Assembly: GCA_012295275.1 (NCBI GenBank) | Contig: CM022670.1 | Location: 33,914,001 to 33,978,000, forward strand | DNA: 64,000 nt | Origin: Chrysomallon squamiferum | Lineage: Eukaryota; Animalia; Mollusca | Direction of reading: 5' to 3' | Shown here: positions 24,940 to 40,766 of the stretch, piece after piece | Numbering within the stretch: the first letter of the stretch is position 1 | How the letters are laid out: each line of letters starts with the position of its first letter | Notes under the pieces: model-generated | What the model was told of the DNA's origin: nothing | Seen by the model: only the letters and a program-made list of their open reading frames with translations | The model's database searches: none | Translations under genes and position numbers: made by a program

Positions 24940-26066
24940 TTAAAAGAAAATGAAAAAAAAATCAAATCTTTACCTATAAATTAAAAATAACAATTTATTT
25001 ATTTTTTCATTTTGATATCTGTCTTGATTGTTTTCTTTCTCATTTTGTTTGTGAATTAGGTCTTTGAATGATAATTATAATTTTTAATTGTAATAAAAAT
25101 GATTAGTTGTGTTATGCAGACACACAAATTATAATAAAAATGATTTATTCATGTTCGCATGCATGCACTCAAAACGCACAGGACAACACACACACACACA
25201 CTCATCCATCATGCACTGGCCACATCTTCTAAGAATAGTTTCTTTATTGCTCTGGTTATCTTTGAAGTCTGTATAGGTCTGGCACTTAAAGTAGCCAGAA
25301 TAGTTCTTCGACATATGGGCAGTGGTGTGAAAGAATCAATTAAGAAAGTTAGATGGTCTGCATGGAGCATACTTTCTGAACCTGAAGCACGTTTTGCAGA
25401 ATTACTAAATCGCTGGGACTGATTTCCATCAGTCCGTGGCTTTTGTTTGTGTATTATCATATGTTAATTATGGTAAATGTGTACATTAAAGACTTTTCCT
25501 GATAAGATCTTTGCATTATTTGACCTATGTTGGCTGAAGAAGATTCCTGAGAGCACAGTTAGTTTATTGTTGTAGAGTTCAGATAAAGTCTGCTATCTGA
25601 AAGAAAGCATCAGAACATTTACGTGTGATACTGGTAAAAGTCTGTTGTTGTCATGCCTACTTGTTCGTTTTGAGTCAGTAAATTCTGATTGTACACCAAA
25701 ACTATTGCTTCTCATTTAAAAACTTAGTGGAATGATACTTTCTGTAATTTTTCTTCAAATTTGGATCATATAATTCACGGTTTTACATATTTTAGACTTT
25801 TTACAGGAATGAAAGTATGTTGAATTGTGTTTAGTGTTGTTGTTGGTTCTTCAATTTTATTATCAGGATGTTCAGTGTCTGATGACTTTCTCAGTAATAT
25901 TTTTAAATATTAGTGAAATACAGGTTGCATACAAAAAGTATAGTTACATGCATATTAATACGTAAATGTATCATCTTATGCATAACATGTAAATGAGTTA
26001 AACGTGAGATTTGAAGATAATACAAAATCATTGTATCTTCAATCAACTGACAAAACAAAGAAGGAC

Positions 26067-26522
26067 ATGTCAAAACAATCAGCAAATCACTGTTTGCCTT
26101 TGGAGTTGATTCTTAGTCACTGCACTTCCTGCACAGACAGTTTCAACCTGACAGGTCACCATAAAGATTGTGATGGTGATGTCACATCCAACCATGACTT
26201 TATAATTCATAATCATGATATACTTGAGCCAGAGACACCTTTGTCTATGAAGTCACTGCCAGAAGAAATTGTTCAGTCCAGGGGTGGTCAAGAGTCTATA
26301 AAGTTTTTACCTCAAGGTCTTACTCTATCTGATGATTTCAATGCTGGAGGACAAAACATTCTCAGTTCTCTGATTGGTGACTATAGTCCTGTAATTAATA
26401 ATGGTGATTTCTGGAAGAAATCCAGTCAGTCAAGGACAGCAGAGCACATTAATAATGTCAACATGGGAAACAGTCTTTCTTACTTAGAATGTGCCAGTGA
26501 TCTACATAATCATCTGACAAAG
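26067..26522 (+). CDS. PTK2: Candidate alternative first coding exon of FAK (152 aa from the first ATG; internal ATG 26463 gives MGNSLSYLECASDLHNHLTK)
   Basis: Long open frame in AT-rich DNA ending at AAG|GTATTT in phase 0, compatible with the phase-0 acceptor at 41666. Confidence 0.55.
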
Positions 26523-27760
26523 GTATTTTAAACAAATTTAGTTGTATCTTGTTATACTGTATACATTATACCACATATGCTGTGTATTTTATGATACATT
26601 TTATTACTGTGTATGTAAATATATGTACATGAACATGCTAATTACTAAATTTAAAAACAAACGAAAATATATTCATTGTTAGTAATACTCATATTTGATG
26701 GGTATAATTAATTTTAAATGGGGGTATTGTTCAGTACAATGCCTTCCCATAAGATAATAAAGCAACATCTGTACAGTTCCCTGAGTAGATGTAACTCAAA
26801 ATGGATGTTATCTGAATTTACTTACATTTCTTTATTTGTTTATGAAATATTACCCAACAATTTGTGTTTCTGCCAAACAGAATATACAGTAAGAAAGTTA
26901 ACCATGGTTTTCAGACATCAGTTGCAAATGATGTTAGTAAGGGAGTGGCTATGTTTAAATGTTGTACCAGTGGTTGAGAACATTGTAACCTGTCAAAATT
27001 TGAACAAGTTTTAATCCAAGATTTTTTTTTTCATTTTTTTTCTCTAATATCCAAATGTATTGAAATATAATTTTTCATAAGGTTCAAAGCTTGATTTCTG
27101 AATTTGTTTATTTCATGGCATATTAAGAGTTATGTTGTTACAAATGCAATTATTATATTAACTAATACTAATGACATAATATGCCAATTGAATTAGTTAA
27201 TAAAAATACAGCCAATGAAGATGATTAATATATGCTGAGCAAGTGTACTTCTTGGCCATTGTTTCATGGTTCAGTTAACAGACAGTCTATAACAGCATAT
27301 TAGAAATAATATGAAAATAAAATGTTTTTGTTGGACTTCGGTGTAAAACACAATTCCTGCAGGAAATGCTTTTTGATTAATAGTAAAATAAAATATGTTG
27401 CAAACCAAATATGTTTTAGATAAAGTAATTAAAATAAGCATTGTTGTTGCTTGTTACAATTATGTTTTAGATCCAGATTTAAATAAATGTTACAAATTTA
27501 CCACATAATTAATATTGCCATTTATGAATATTTCCGATACAAATATTAAATGTTCACTGGTTTGTATTATAAGCAAGAACATGATATATGCTTAAAATAG
27601 ATTATTGTTAAAAGTCACTCTAGCAAAATCTGTCTCAGTTGAGCAAGGTACTGGTTTACATAAATTACCTGTTAGTAAAATGTTGACTCATGTGATCCGT
27701 TTCAAAATTTCATGCCCTATCTTATTTTTTAGACTTCCTCAAGTCATAAAGATCTTTTGT

Positions 27761-27793
<33 letters not shown>

Positions 27794-30700
27794 CTATTTG
27801 TTAGCTATTTTTTAGCAACATACAATATATCATTTAAAAAATCTATTATTTATGTTCCTAAAATGTATCCTTTTCACAGTTGAAAATAATTCCTTTAGGA
27901 TATTTAAGAGGGTATTGGAGTAAATGAATATTATGAATTATGGCTAAAGATGGTTAAAACTGCATCTCATTTGTGCTGGATGATAAAACCTATTTAGAGC
28001 TGTGCATGCACATTAAACATGCATTTCAGGATAAAGTTCTCTGTGTTACATTAATGACAAATCTTTCACAAGACTGGTATTTACCAATGTTTAAACATCA
28101 AAAAGCAAACAATCTGATCAGACTGAGTTGCTTTGTGAAGCCTTATTTATTTATTTATTTATTTTAATTTTGTTTATTTAAGTTGATTAATTAAGATAGG
28201 TAATTGTTAAAAAATTATAACAGTAAATAAAAATAATAATCTGTTGTGTTAATCAATTATATTTAATTAGAAGGAATTCTGCAGTGTTCAGCATGAAATA
28301 TATAATACACAGTTTGATTTGGTTACAGAATGAATCCCCTACATTATGGGACTGCTTATATACATATGTATTACATTAGATTGCTTATATGTAAGTAAAT
28401 TTGTAGAATTGTAAGCACTTTTTTTTCTAATTATTCATTCTTTGCAAAATATAATTTGTTGAAAGCAAAACATTAATTAAACATTGTGTATTCAGTACTT
28501 AATAATATTGAAGTGTGAAGTTTCTTGCTGTAGCAGTTTTTCCTTAAAAGAAAATTGCAGAGTCAATAGTAATATATGTATAAATAAGTGTTACACAGGT
28601 ATTCATAGATAATAATATTTTGGTTTCCTGTCTTCACTTACACATGGCAAAGGCATTATGTTAAGATGGTTTATGGGATTGAAAATAAACAGTAGTATTA
28701 AAATTGTTATTTTTGTATGCATTATACATTAGTGATGATATTTTGTTCGTTCTGGTAAGAATGTTAGTTCCTATAAACTGTAAAAAGCAAATATCATTTT
28801 TGTTTTACCAATCTAAAGAAAGATTAAAAAAAAAAAATCTTCCATTAAGCCACATTTGTGATAATTCATTAAAATTTTTAATACAGTTACACAGTCTTAG
28901 GCTGTTTTTAACACTGTTATATCAAGATAGTTCTGATATACATAGCTTTCTGCTTTGATGAAATGTTGTAAACTTATATTTGATGATGCCAACTTTCTCA
29001 TATGTTTTTCTTGAAAGTTCAGCAGGTCTTCAAAAATGAGGTTATAATTTACTCAGCAGTGGGAAATATGTGTGTGGTATCTGTTCCAATACCCATCGGG
29101 AAAAGAACAAACTGGAGAAGAAATTATCATTTGATGTTTGTCTACTGGATGGGCAAGAATTCCCAGCACCTGTCATACTGTATGGCAGACCTGTGACTAT
29201 GAGTTATAGTTACTGTGTCTTTTAGTACCAGTATGACTTACAAGATACATCATTACTAATAAATAACAAGACAAGAATAAGCCAGATACAGAATCTGTTA
29301 ATGGTTTCTTGCTGACCTATTTATGTGAAGAATTTGGTTTCTAAAAGTTTGAAAAGTACTGTCCATTTTACCGAGTTCCACTGAGTTACCGGTAGCCTCT
29401 AGATGGATAGTACTGGCATCTGTATGTGCTGATATATTTATTTTGTTGCTTTAGGGTGGTCAGTATCTGTAAAAGACATACACTTAATCTTACAAGACTT
29501 TGAAGTGGAGTGCAGGTGAGAAGCACTTTATAGTAGATTTGAAGATACAGATGTACTGTTTCAGGTGGGGTTTTGTTATTTGTTAAGTTCCTCCTTCTTC
29601 TTTTTAGTTGGTTTTTTTTCAGTTTTTTTTTTTTTTTTTTTTCAGTTCCTAAAAAAAAAAAAAAAAAAACACATAAAAGAAAAATATACACACATTAAAA
29701 AACCCCGAAAACAACAACCATGGCTATCATGTTTCAGCCATTTTTATCTTTATCTATTTAGTGTGTAGTCCATTAACAGACTATTTTTTAAGACTTAGTC
29801 TTTATAGAGTAATTTGTTGATATGTTATTTTCAAAATTTCATTTAATTTTTTTTCTCTTTGTTTCCGTGATGATTACATTTGAAAGTTTAATGCAGGATC
29901 TTTATATTCTTTGGTGATGTTAATACATTTGTTGTTGGTGGTTGCTTTTTGGTATGTTTTTTTTTTTTTGTTCTTTTCTTTTCTTTTCTTATTTATTATT
30001 ATTATTATCATTATTAGGCAAAATACTTTGATTAAAGTTAATATTCTTTATAAATCAGTTTGCTATATTGCTGAAAAAAAGAAATTGGATACATTTCATA
30101 AACTTTAGCACTGAAATCATCCAATTTATATTATTGATCATTACATTAATTTTCAGACATTTTGGTGCCAAAATATCTTGCACTTTTGACCATATCCACA
30201 GATTTTCTTGGCCATTACATTTTTACTTGAAACTAAATACTTTTCTTCTTGAATACAGGGCTTTGCTTTTAAATCCTGTCCAGAGACAAACAGTCTACAG
30301 GTTCTGAGTGGAATAGAGAAAAGTGGTATTGGTTTGTCTTAATATTAGACAAGATAGCTATGCAGTTTTCATCCCAGTGTAATGTGAGCTGAGATGTTTG
30401 ATATGTTGCAGAAGTAGTCAGGGTTTATTTACGTGTTGAAATTTCATGTTTTGTCAAATAAATAAGAAAGCAGGATTTATTGCAATTTATTCCAGTAACA
30501 TTTAGCTGGCCTCCCATGGCAAGTTTAAGCTCAAGCCAATGTATTTCAATTCTCTAAACAACATGTGGGTTCTTTTTTTTTCTTTCTTTCTTTTTTTTTT
30601 TTTTTTTATCTCAAACTTACAATACAATCATTATTTATGGTTGACTGTCTCTCTGTCTGTCTGTCTCTCTCTGTTTACATATATATATATATATATCTAT

Positions 30701-33700
30701 ATATGTATATATGTAGTTGTTTTCTTTGTGAAGAAGGCACATCTGAACAAATGGTAATCCATAAATGTTTACTAGACATGAGCAATAACCAGAATCTGTA
30801 CAGATTGTTTCAAATTCATTTAACAGAAAACCTGTTTTAATTTACATGGCAGATGCTAGGAAACTGATACAGTTTCAAAAGTTAGCTGTATAACTTGGCC
30901 ATTAGCATATTCTAATATGTAATGGCTCCCAGGATCAAGTCATGTCACTCTGTCTATTGAAATGTTTTTCATTATATTCTGTGACTCACAACTAATAGTA
31001 TGTTATTTCAAAGGCTATGATTTCCTGACCATCAGGAGAAATATATATAAAATGTAAATGTTCATTGCTGTTATTTGATAAATGAAGAGCTATGAATGGC
31101 TGCAGCAGATTTCATATATCATTGACAGAAACATTAAAAAGACATATACCTCATGAAACTAATAAACAACATACTAATATTAAATATAAAATTTTGTTGT
31201 TGTTGTTTTTTATTTATTTATTAATTTATTTATTTTTTATATGACCTGTTGTTAAACAGTTTATAACATTTATAATAGTCAGTACAAAAAATAATTTAAT
31301 AATACTGTATGGAAAAATCCTGAAATAACAGTGAATTTTCAAATGTATGTTACTAATTATCATAAGATATTTTGTCTTCTGCATATTTATGTATACTTAT
31401 GAAAATAAAATCAGTCAGTTCTTTCATAATTCATAGTTAATTAACATATCAGGCTATTGTTGTCATTCAGCATGTTACAGAAAATGGTAGAAATAAGGAA
31501 ACTGTCATCACAGATGAATGGCTGGCATAGCACTTCATTGATTAGTGGCTCCGATCATCTCATCATTAGTTGTGGGTCATTTTTAGACAGCAAAAAAAAA
31601 AAAAAAAAAAAAAGAAAGAAAAAAAAAAAATACTATTGATTTTAGATGAAGACTATAGTTCGGACATGTTAGAGACATTGTTGTCGTGACAAAAATTGCA
31701 GTTTGCAGCAGGTGCTTAATGAGACATTCTGCTGGATTGTTCAGTTTAAAAATGATTAATCATATATAACTATCATACTATCATTCTACTATCATTAATG
31801 GAGATGTTTCATTTGTAACTGAAATGACTAAACAGGTAAAATTCTAGAAACATTTATGTGGATGCAGTCAGTTTGTGCATTGTTATATCATTATTAGAAG
31901 AGTATAGGATATCTTTAAAATCTAAATTCTTTGTTCTCATTATCTTTTTTCTTTGTAAGTTTTCTCTTTTATCAGATGAATATTTAATCTGTAACAAATA
32001 TGGTGATATAATTGTTTTTATATGAAGTTATGTGCACTTTGTTTTCAGAAAAACACATTAATTAATTTTTTTTTTTTTTAGAAATTATAAATATACAGCA
32101 TGTACACCAGTTATACTGATATATAATATTAACACTTGATAATATAAATTTTCAAACCTTGTATTTTCTGCATGTCATTATTCATTGAATATATTAAGTG
32201 CAAAAATCTATATTGACTAAGTCTTCTTTACCAAAAAATACTGTTCATAGTCTTCCACATACATCATCATTTTTTTTTTTTTCTTTGCATTTAAATATAT
32301 ATCTGAAAGATAAAGGTTTGAAAACATAAATAATTTCACCATCATCATCATTAACTCATCGAATTAGAAATAATTAAATTAATTACCTATTTGAACTTTC
32401 TTTTATTGCTCTCCATATTTATAAAAAGGTAATTGATGTTTTGTATTATAGCTGTACTAGTAATACATGCAAATTCATTGTGATCTGTTTAATGCTTCAC
32501 AAATATTATTAAAAATGTACCACAGCGTGATTCAGAGATGGTATTAATTGGATGTTGTTTTGACTGGGTGGTAACGATGCAGCAGTCAGCTATGCAGTAG
32601 CAAGCTGTCAGAGGCTTGGCTGGCCACAAAGTGCATACTGTGAGAATAAATTTTGGGTCAGCGTGTATTTACTTATCTCTTTTCAACATATTATGGAGGT
32701 TCTGACCTTACTTAAGCACTGCGGACATCTGCTGTTTGTTCTTCTAAAGTTACAAAGACTTGAAATTTGAAAATTTCATTTTAAAACAAACCCACTCCAG
32801 ATCCTTATCATACTTGTGGTATGTGTTTTCCTGACTACTGGAAGATGTATGTATGGTTTTAGTAAAATGACTGCCCATTGCCTTGGTTTTTAATTTCATC
32901 ATGTAGACCATAACTATTCATTAAATATGTGTTAAATATCTGATTTTAAATCAGACAACTTAAAAATGTTAATATGCATTCCAGTTTTATATTAATTTAG
33001 GCTTAATTCCTGCTAGTTAGAGTATTAGTCAAATGTACCGTCATTCTTATTTTATGTTGAGATATTAAGATAATAAGATAGCTGTAATAATCAATATACT
33101 TTCTCTCTTGTGGCAGAGAAATAAAGACATTGTGGTGGAGTTCCCATTTTTTGTCAATAAAATGATAATTGCAAAGAACTTTATAAAGAAATTAAAGGAA
33201 TTCTGCTTTTTAATAACACCTAGTTAAGTGTATTCTGAAGCCATGCACCAGTTAGTACATAAAGTTTTAGAGTTTATACTATTATGAATATATACTATCA
33301 AATTCAGTTGTAAAAACTGTATAAAGACAACAAAAATATGTATTTTTTATATTATTATTATTATTATTATTATTACTGTTAGTAAGACATTATTTTCTGT
33401 TAGCACTAATTTATTTTCCATTAAGTACAAATTAATTTATCATTCCTTTTTTTTTTTTCTTAAATAATTCATTCATTCATTCATTCATCCATAAAAATAA
33501 TAATAATAATAATAATAATTAATAATTAATAATAATAATCGTAACAAAGAAAAAAAAAGACAGAGTATTACACAGCTCTGTGAAAAGTTTGGAACTTTCC
33601 TGGCATTGTTGCCAAATGAGTCATGGTTCTCTACCATGTGATGTATGCATAAACAACTTGTTTCCATGGAATTCTGATGTTTTCACAGTTCTTGTACTTT

Positions 33701-35913
33701 TGCCATTTGATTCTGGGAGTTGTGTGTTTAGGCACATTAATTTTTCACAGTGTAAACATAGGTAACTTTGTAGTAAACTCAGAGAGGTTATTTCTTTATG
33801 CTTATTTTTACTCTGCTTCAAAAAAAAAAAAAAAAAACCCCCAAAAAGACAAAAAAAAAAAACAATTTAAAAAAGAGTTTTATTATTATTGTTGTTGATA
33901 TTTATGAATAAATGAATGAATGTATTTATTTTATTTTAATTACCTGTTTCTGACAGAGCATGCACAGATATGAAATGTATATAAATACAAAGTGATTTGT
34001 AAACATTAATATCAAGAAATGTTTTATATCACTTTCTCTAATTTTAGACACTGATTAAAACTTACATTTGATTTCTGTATTTATTCGCGAGTAAGTGCTC
34101 AGTAACTGTTACCTTAAACCAGATTTTAACCTGTTACTTAAATAATTCAATTCTATAATTAATTCATGCATAACTATTTATAATATTTTTGAATTAAAAC
34201 ATTTCTTAACACAAGTGGTCCACACACATTCTTCTGTTCATGTATATAAACAGGAAATAGATGGATGATCTGAATTTATTAAGAGTGTCACCATCCTATC
34301 TGTTGTTCCCAGGCACAACAGACCATCCTTTTCCTCTTGGCTTTTCCTGAATAGTTCAACCACAGAGCCAAATAAACAAAGACAAGATTCTTTTGTTATT
34401 AAGACTTTCTTTTTCCTACGTTTTATTGCACAGCTGAGATACTCTTAGTTTACAGTGTTTGATTTCTCCGTTTCTGTGTTTATGATCACTACTTGTTTTC
34501 TTATTATTACATTTTGTATTTATTTATTTATTTATTATTAAATATTAATTTATTTATTTACTTATCCATTTATGATCATTATTTATTTATTTATTTATTA
34601 TTATAAAAAGGATTAAATTTAGACAATTAAAGTAGAAATCAGTTTTAAATTCTGTTTCATTTAGGTTAAATATGTATTTTCCTCTTCTGTTTAACATTTT
34701 ATTCATTCACTGTGTAAAGATGAAACTTATAAACAGATTAACTTGAAATTTTTTTTACAACTACTGACATTATAAACAGAATGTCATTCATTTGTTAACA
34801 TAGCCTTTTGTTTGTCAGTTAACAAATTCCTGTCCATATGCTAATGAAGAAAAAAAATGTTCACATAATCTGGTCACCATAGACATTATATATTTAGTAA
34901 TATTAGTGATTGTGTTATCCTGCAAGATATCTACTGTGACAATTACAAACCTATCTTACTTATTCTGATTATAAATTGTAGGGGCAGCTCCCTGTCATCT
35001 CAGTAAAACCTAAAATGATTAATGATCAAGTTGAGTAATATTGTATAATCAATCATCAGATACCACATCATTATTATAACAGCCTTCTCACCTCGTGTAT
35101 TTATTTGCTGGGTCATAAGCTGTTTGGACCAGATGAATGCTGGTGTCTGATTTCATTTTGAATCTGGCAACATACAAGCCAGCCAGCAAGCAGACTTTTG
35201 TTTATGGTGACTGTGGCTCCTGCTGTTGTGTGGGTAAGAGTTCTGGGCTGCATTACTCATCTGCTACACGTGCTCTGCCCTTGGCCTGACAACTGTTGTT
35301 GAAGAGAGTAAGATCATCACACGTGAACAGTACACTTCCTTCTGTCGTCTGTCAGAGCAGGACATAGCACTTGGTCTGACATTGTTAACTATGCAGTGGA
35401 GCTCTTGTTTGCTTATAATATTTGTAAGTCATCTGGTGCTGCTTTGGGGGATGTGATCTAGTGCCAGCTACCAGTGATTTAATGTTCAAGTGATAAAAGA
35501 AACTTTTTTTAAAATTTATTATTGTTGTTGTGGTTGTTCAGTTACTGTTTTCCATCGTTTTTGTTTAGTCTGTAACATGGAGAAATTACCACAGATTACA
35601 AAGTACATCTTCTTTGGCTAGAACTCAAAAGTGATGTGTTCCGGACACTGGCACGTTTTCCCTTCAAATATGTTACAATATTTCACGTCTGTCTGATACA
35701 TCTGCTTCATCTGCATATCACCAGCAAATACAGGATTCTATTTTGCTCCACTGGATTTATGGTAAAGCTGTGAACATCTTGTTTAGTTGAGCCAACTGAT
35801 AGCTGGCCACTATCATTCTCAGGGCTGTGGTGTTGACTTTTACGTGAAAATTATCAGCACTTGTCCTGCATATCTGAGATAACTGTAGGTACTGCACTTC
35901 ACATATCAGGTGT

Positions 35914-36069
35914 ATGGCAGCATTTCCACCATCCTTGAGGGGTCCTGGCATTAGTCTTATGACTATATGTGAGGACCCCCTTATGCAGGATGCTGCCCCA
36001 CCAGAACGCATGTACAACAGTCCAACTAGTCCACTACATGGTGAAAAACCCACAGGATCTTGGCAGAGG
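35914..36069 (+). CDS. PTK2: Candidate alternative first coding exon of FAK: MAAFPPSLRGPGISLMTICEDPLMQDAAPPERMYNSPTSPLHGEKPTGSWQR
   Basis: ATG, GC-rich 52-codon frame, AGG|GTATGT donor in phase 0, abrupt switch to AT-rich sequence after the donor. Confidence 0.7.
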
Positions 36070-37839
36070 GTATGTTGCTTTGTTATTTATTTATATTATT
36101 TGTTTCATATATAAATTTTGGTTTGTCTTAACTGTATTTTCTTCTTGAAGTCTTTTAAATTTTTAATTGCTTGGTTAAAAATCTGAACTAAATGAAACAT
36201 TTTTAAAAATATATTTAACAAAATATTTCATTATAATGCTGTTCAATATTTGGTTCTGGTTCTGAACGCATGTGCTAGTTGTGCTAGTTCCCACAGTCTG
36301 CATGAGGTATGTTAAATATACAGCAGACAGAATGAGGCTAGCAGATGAGATTCTTCTGTCAGTTTGCAACATACTGGAGATGTGTGCCTCATCTTCTGAT
36401 TGAAACAGTATCTGAAATCATAAAGCTTATTTTTCTTTACACCTGTGCCCATTACTGAATATCTGGCATTCTGCATTTTTATGTAATGAAGATATGATTA
36501 CTTTTTAAATTCATTAGTTTTGTTAGTAAACTCTATGTATAATGTGTTTGTTAATGTTTATTTAAAAAAAATTAAAAAAAATAAAAATTATCTTCAAAAT
36601 CATTTAAAAATTAATCTGTGTTTAAAACTGTTTGAAATGAAAAATATTGTTAGTAACTTTGTATAATAAGATATATTTCACGCTACCAATATTTGTTACG
36701 ATTATACTTGAAACTGTAACACCAAATTCCATTTTTAAGGTTTTTTGTTAAAAAAAGAATGAAAAACTACTTAAACACACATGTGCAAACACCAAAAAAC
36801 ACATATTTCATCACAACAACTATAACAAATAAAATGAAATCTTAATTTTATTTCAACACAAACTGTCGACATACTAAATGTTTGTTTGTTGAAATATTTT
36901 ATTGTATGATAATGTTACTTGCACTGTTGTTGTATAAAATGTCTGAGTATTCTCCTGACGGGAGACATAGGCATATTTAACTCATCAGTCATAGAAGTTG
37001 AATACATTCTTTCAAGTAGTGTCATACTGACCCATGTGTATTTGATGTCTAATTGGTAGGGAGAACTTGGAGATATATTTACCCCCCTTTCTTGTCAACA
37101 TTAATGTACAAGTACCTGGTATGCTTGTCTGTGCCTGTGTGTGCAAGGCTTGCATGCTTCTATTATGTTAGTGAATACCATATTACATTTCATCTTTTGT
37201 CGAGCTGGAATTATAATGAAAACAGGAAATACATTTATATTTATCTGATATATATATAGATTGTGTTTAAGTGCCTGTTTACATTTTGAAGGTTTATGGA
37301 ATTAGGTCATTTTTTTTTTCTTTCATTGTGTTTTGGTTTCAGCTGAATGGATAATCTGGTTGAATTCTCATTAATAATATTTCTCTTTTTTATCTTTTTT
37401 TAAAATGTATTTTTGAGTGGGGTGGAGTGCGTGACAGAACAACATATTCCACAGTTATTAGAAAACGGAAAATGTATTTTCAGAAAACTGACAAAACAAT
37501 TTATAAATGATATATTAACTTACATAAGTTGAGGGAAAGGAAAAGAGTATTTAGGACTAAAAATAAAAAATATAAAACAAAATTGAAAAAACTGCTTCTT
37601 TGAAAAAAGACCTGCGTTACTGATAAAAGATAGTGTATCTTCAACAAAGATTCTCTTGTTTTGACTTACTGTTTTCTTTAGACTTGGTATTTACAGAACT
37701 TTTCTTTGGCTTTTCACTCTAGCCTTGTATCAGGCTTTACAGTTTAATATTATATGTTTAAAACTTTTAAGAATGTGTATAATACGGAGATAAAACAATA
37801 ATATTGGAAGAATGAAACTACAGATCCATTTATTTAATC

Positions 37840-37870
<31 letters not shown>

Positions 37871-38145
37871 ATTTTAAGTTTTATGTAGGCCTACATATAG
37901 TAATATAATTATATTTATACAAGTACATCATAAAAATATATGTTTACAAATGATTCTAAACCAGTATTTAGGTAATAAAATTGCAATTCATATTTATTAG
38001 CACATTCTTATTCACTATATAGTGTAATATTAATATTTCATAATTAAACAGTAGAAATAAATAATAATAATAATAAATACTGTTAGAAGAAAACATTTGC
38101 TGTGGTTAAGAATTCTCAGACATAATAATAATAATAATACAAACA

Positions 38146-38149
<4 letters not shown>

Positions 38150-38202
<53 letters not shown>
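38150..38202. repeat. (CA)n microsatellite
   Basis: Perfect CA run. Confidence 0.97.
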
Positions 38203-38203
<1 letters not shown>

Positions 38204-40766
38204 ATTGGTAGAAGAGTATATTTACTGTGGTAAGGAATTCTCATTAAACATAACTGGAAGTATTTTATATAGATTCCTGTATGTCAGATTCACAGTTTTT
38301 TACACGCTGCACACCTGTCCATTAGATTCATGTGTCTAATTGTTTCCGAGGAAGATACAAATTCCAAGCTGAACACTGCTGTTTAACGATAAATTAGATT
38401 ATCTAAACTACGTATATTGGTGGATTTTTAGTATATGCTCAGAAGGGCTCGTGATTAAAACCCACCAAAATGTCTTCCAGCAACTTGAGGTAGGTAATTT
38501 CATATTTATGTTGATCTAAATGAAATAGGCTTGGAGCTGTTTGAGGTTATATGGAGTATCCTAAATTAGGATCATATAAAATGATTACTGTTGCTGAAAG
38601 TACATCACTGGAAGATAATATTACTTGTATCATAGATTTAGTGATTATATGTAATTGCTAGGTATTATGCATTTAATACAAAAGGTAATTAAAATGATAA
38701 TGTCAGGATTACTGTAAACTGTACATTGTATATTTTGGAGATATCTTGCAGCAAAGGCAATATTTATGTACAAACCATTAAGGAATATTGCAACTGGAAT
38801 GTTTAAATAAACAAGATGAAACATAATGAAACTTCAAAAATTTATATTTATTTCATGTTTTCTTACACTGGTACTTATTAGATACATATGTATCAGCAGG
38901 TTTTATTTTTTATTTTTTAGTGCTATTATTATATATTTTTTTATTTTGGTCATTCATCTGTAATAAATTTTATCACAGTTTTTTTTTTTTTTTTTTTTTC
39001 CCCACTGGATCTTGACAGGTTTTATAAAATATGTCATTTGTTTGTTTTTTTTTTTTTTTTTTTTTTTTTTTCTCTACTTTTTTTAATCTTTAAAAACATA
39101 GAAATATTCATATTTCCTGCTCTACTTGTTGGCCTCTGGCCCTACAGTTGGGTTGTGGCAAGAACAGATATGATGACATATATTAGAGAATATTTTGTTG
39201 CATTTATCTTGAGGCAAGGCTATTGATGGATGTGCCAGTAATGATACTCAGCAGTGGGTGGGTCTTGTAGATATGCTCCATGGTGTATTGATGTAGGCTG
39301 TCTGTTTATCGCTGTGTTTGTAACAAGATGAGAGCAGGGCCTGTCAGTACTCAGTTTGGTAAATATCTACTTGGAAACACATTCTTAGGAATTTTTGTGA
39401 CATCGATGCTTTTGAAAAAGATACAGTTTTGTTCTGCCAGTTTTGGACTGAAACAAGGCAGTGAAAGTAAATGGCTTGTGGCTATGAATATGTTCAATCA
39501 TGTGTTAATTTAATGTATATTCATTTCTTTCTCTCTCTTTTCATCTGTGTTTTCTTCAGTCCATAATTAATTAATTAATTAATTTATTTATTTATTTATT
39601 TATTTATATATTTATTTATTTTATTGTCATTATTTTTATATTTATCTTATGTCTGATTTACCCCAGGAGTTATTTCATTTATCAAAATATTTATGGTATC
39701 TCTCCCATTCTTTTTTGATTTCTCAGTCACTGTCTTTCATACATTCATAACACATGTGCACATATGCACTTTCGTGATTATTCACAATGGAATCAAGTTG
39801 AAATCTGACATTTATTTTAAATATGATTTTATTATTATTATGCCAGCAGTTCAGGCTTATCTGCAGAATTCAGGAATACAAAAAAAAAAAATTCCTCAAA
39901 AATAGCAACTTTATGATAAAAGCATGGGTGTTAATTCGAAAAGCATAAAAATGTTGATTCCAAAAGTTGCTCTATGCTATCTTGTTTGGTTTTTCTAGAT
40001 ATTGGAAAAAATATTTTGTTTCTTCTGTTTAGAAAAAAAAAAAAACCAAAAAAACATTTCAACCTGACATTTAGTTTATCAGATTATTCCTTTGATGTCA
40101 GAATATCTTTGTTTCTTTTACCTTAATAAATATTTACATGTTAAACTCTTTTCTTTTTTTTTGTGTTTGGATTATAACCATTGTTTTTTGTTTTTTTCTT
40201 GTATGTATGTGTGTAGGTTTCATAAGAAACTAAACTCATAAACCGAAGTAAAAGGATCTGCATAAAAGGTGAACATGACCTTCTACAGAGTCATCTCTCT
40301 TCATAAAATACAAGATCTTGTCTGAGTGTGTGATTGGATTATGTTTCATGTAAACCTTTCTTCTTAGTCATTCTTTATTTCCTCACTTTCCCATGCAACC
40401 ATGGGTACGTAAAGGTTTGGTAATCGGAACTGGCTTCAGTTTGGTGGAAACCAGAAATTTTATCATCTAATAGGCTGTTTCTTTTTGAAAGCTGGTTTTC
40501 ATTTTCCAGTAAGATGGTGTTAAGGCCATTAAGAAAAGACATGGTACATGTCTTGATTTCCATGGACAGATGCATTTGCCAGGTGTTTCATTTTTACTCT
40601 CTCTCTCTCTTCTTCAGAACTGTAAAAATAAAAAAATGGCCATGAATGTCTAACTCTAAGTGTTGTTGTTTGTTTTTTTCTCCTTACTTTTCTTTTTCTT
40701 TATGAGTAATACAAGACCGAGAGAAGGAAACTGTGTGTACATATTTTGCATGACAGTGTAGAGGAG

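Noticed and set aside
28990-29570. GC-richer block with donor-like CAG|GTGAGA as another FAK coding first exon
   Set aside because: In-frame stop five codons before the donor; could be non-coding but has no further support
31824-31835. ATG ACT AAA CAG|GTAAAA (MTKQ) phase-0 mini first exon
   Set aside because: Too short and the donor too weak to separate from chance
38470-38489. ATG...GAG|GTAGGT candidate first exon
   Set aside because: ATG frame is phase 2, incompatible with the 41666 acceptor; the phase-0 frame has no ATG
40375-40575. 66-aa minus-strand ORF as a nested gene
   Set aside because: No recognisable motif and no partner exons found
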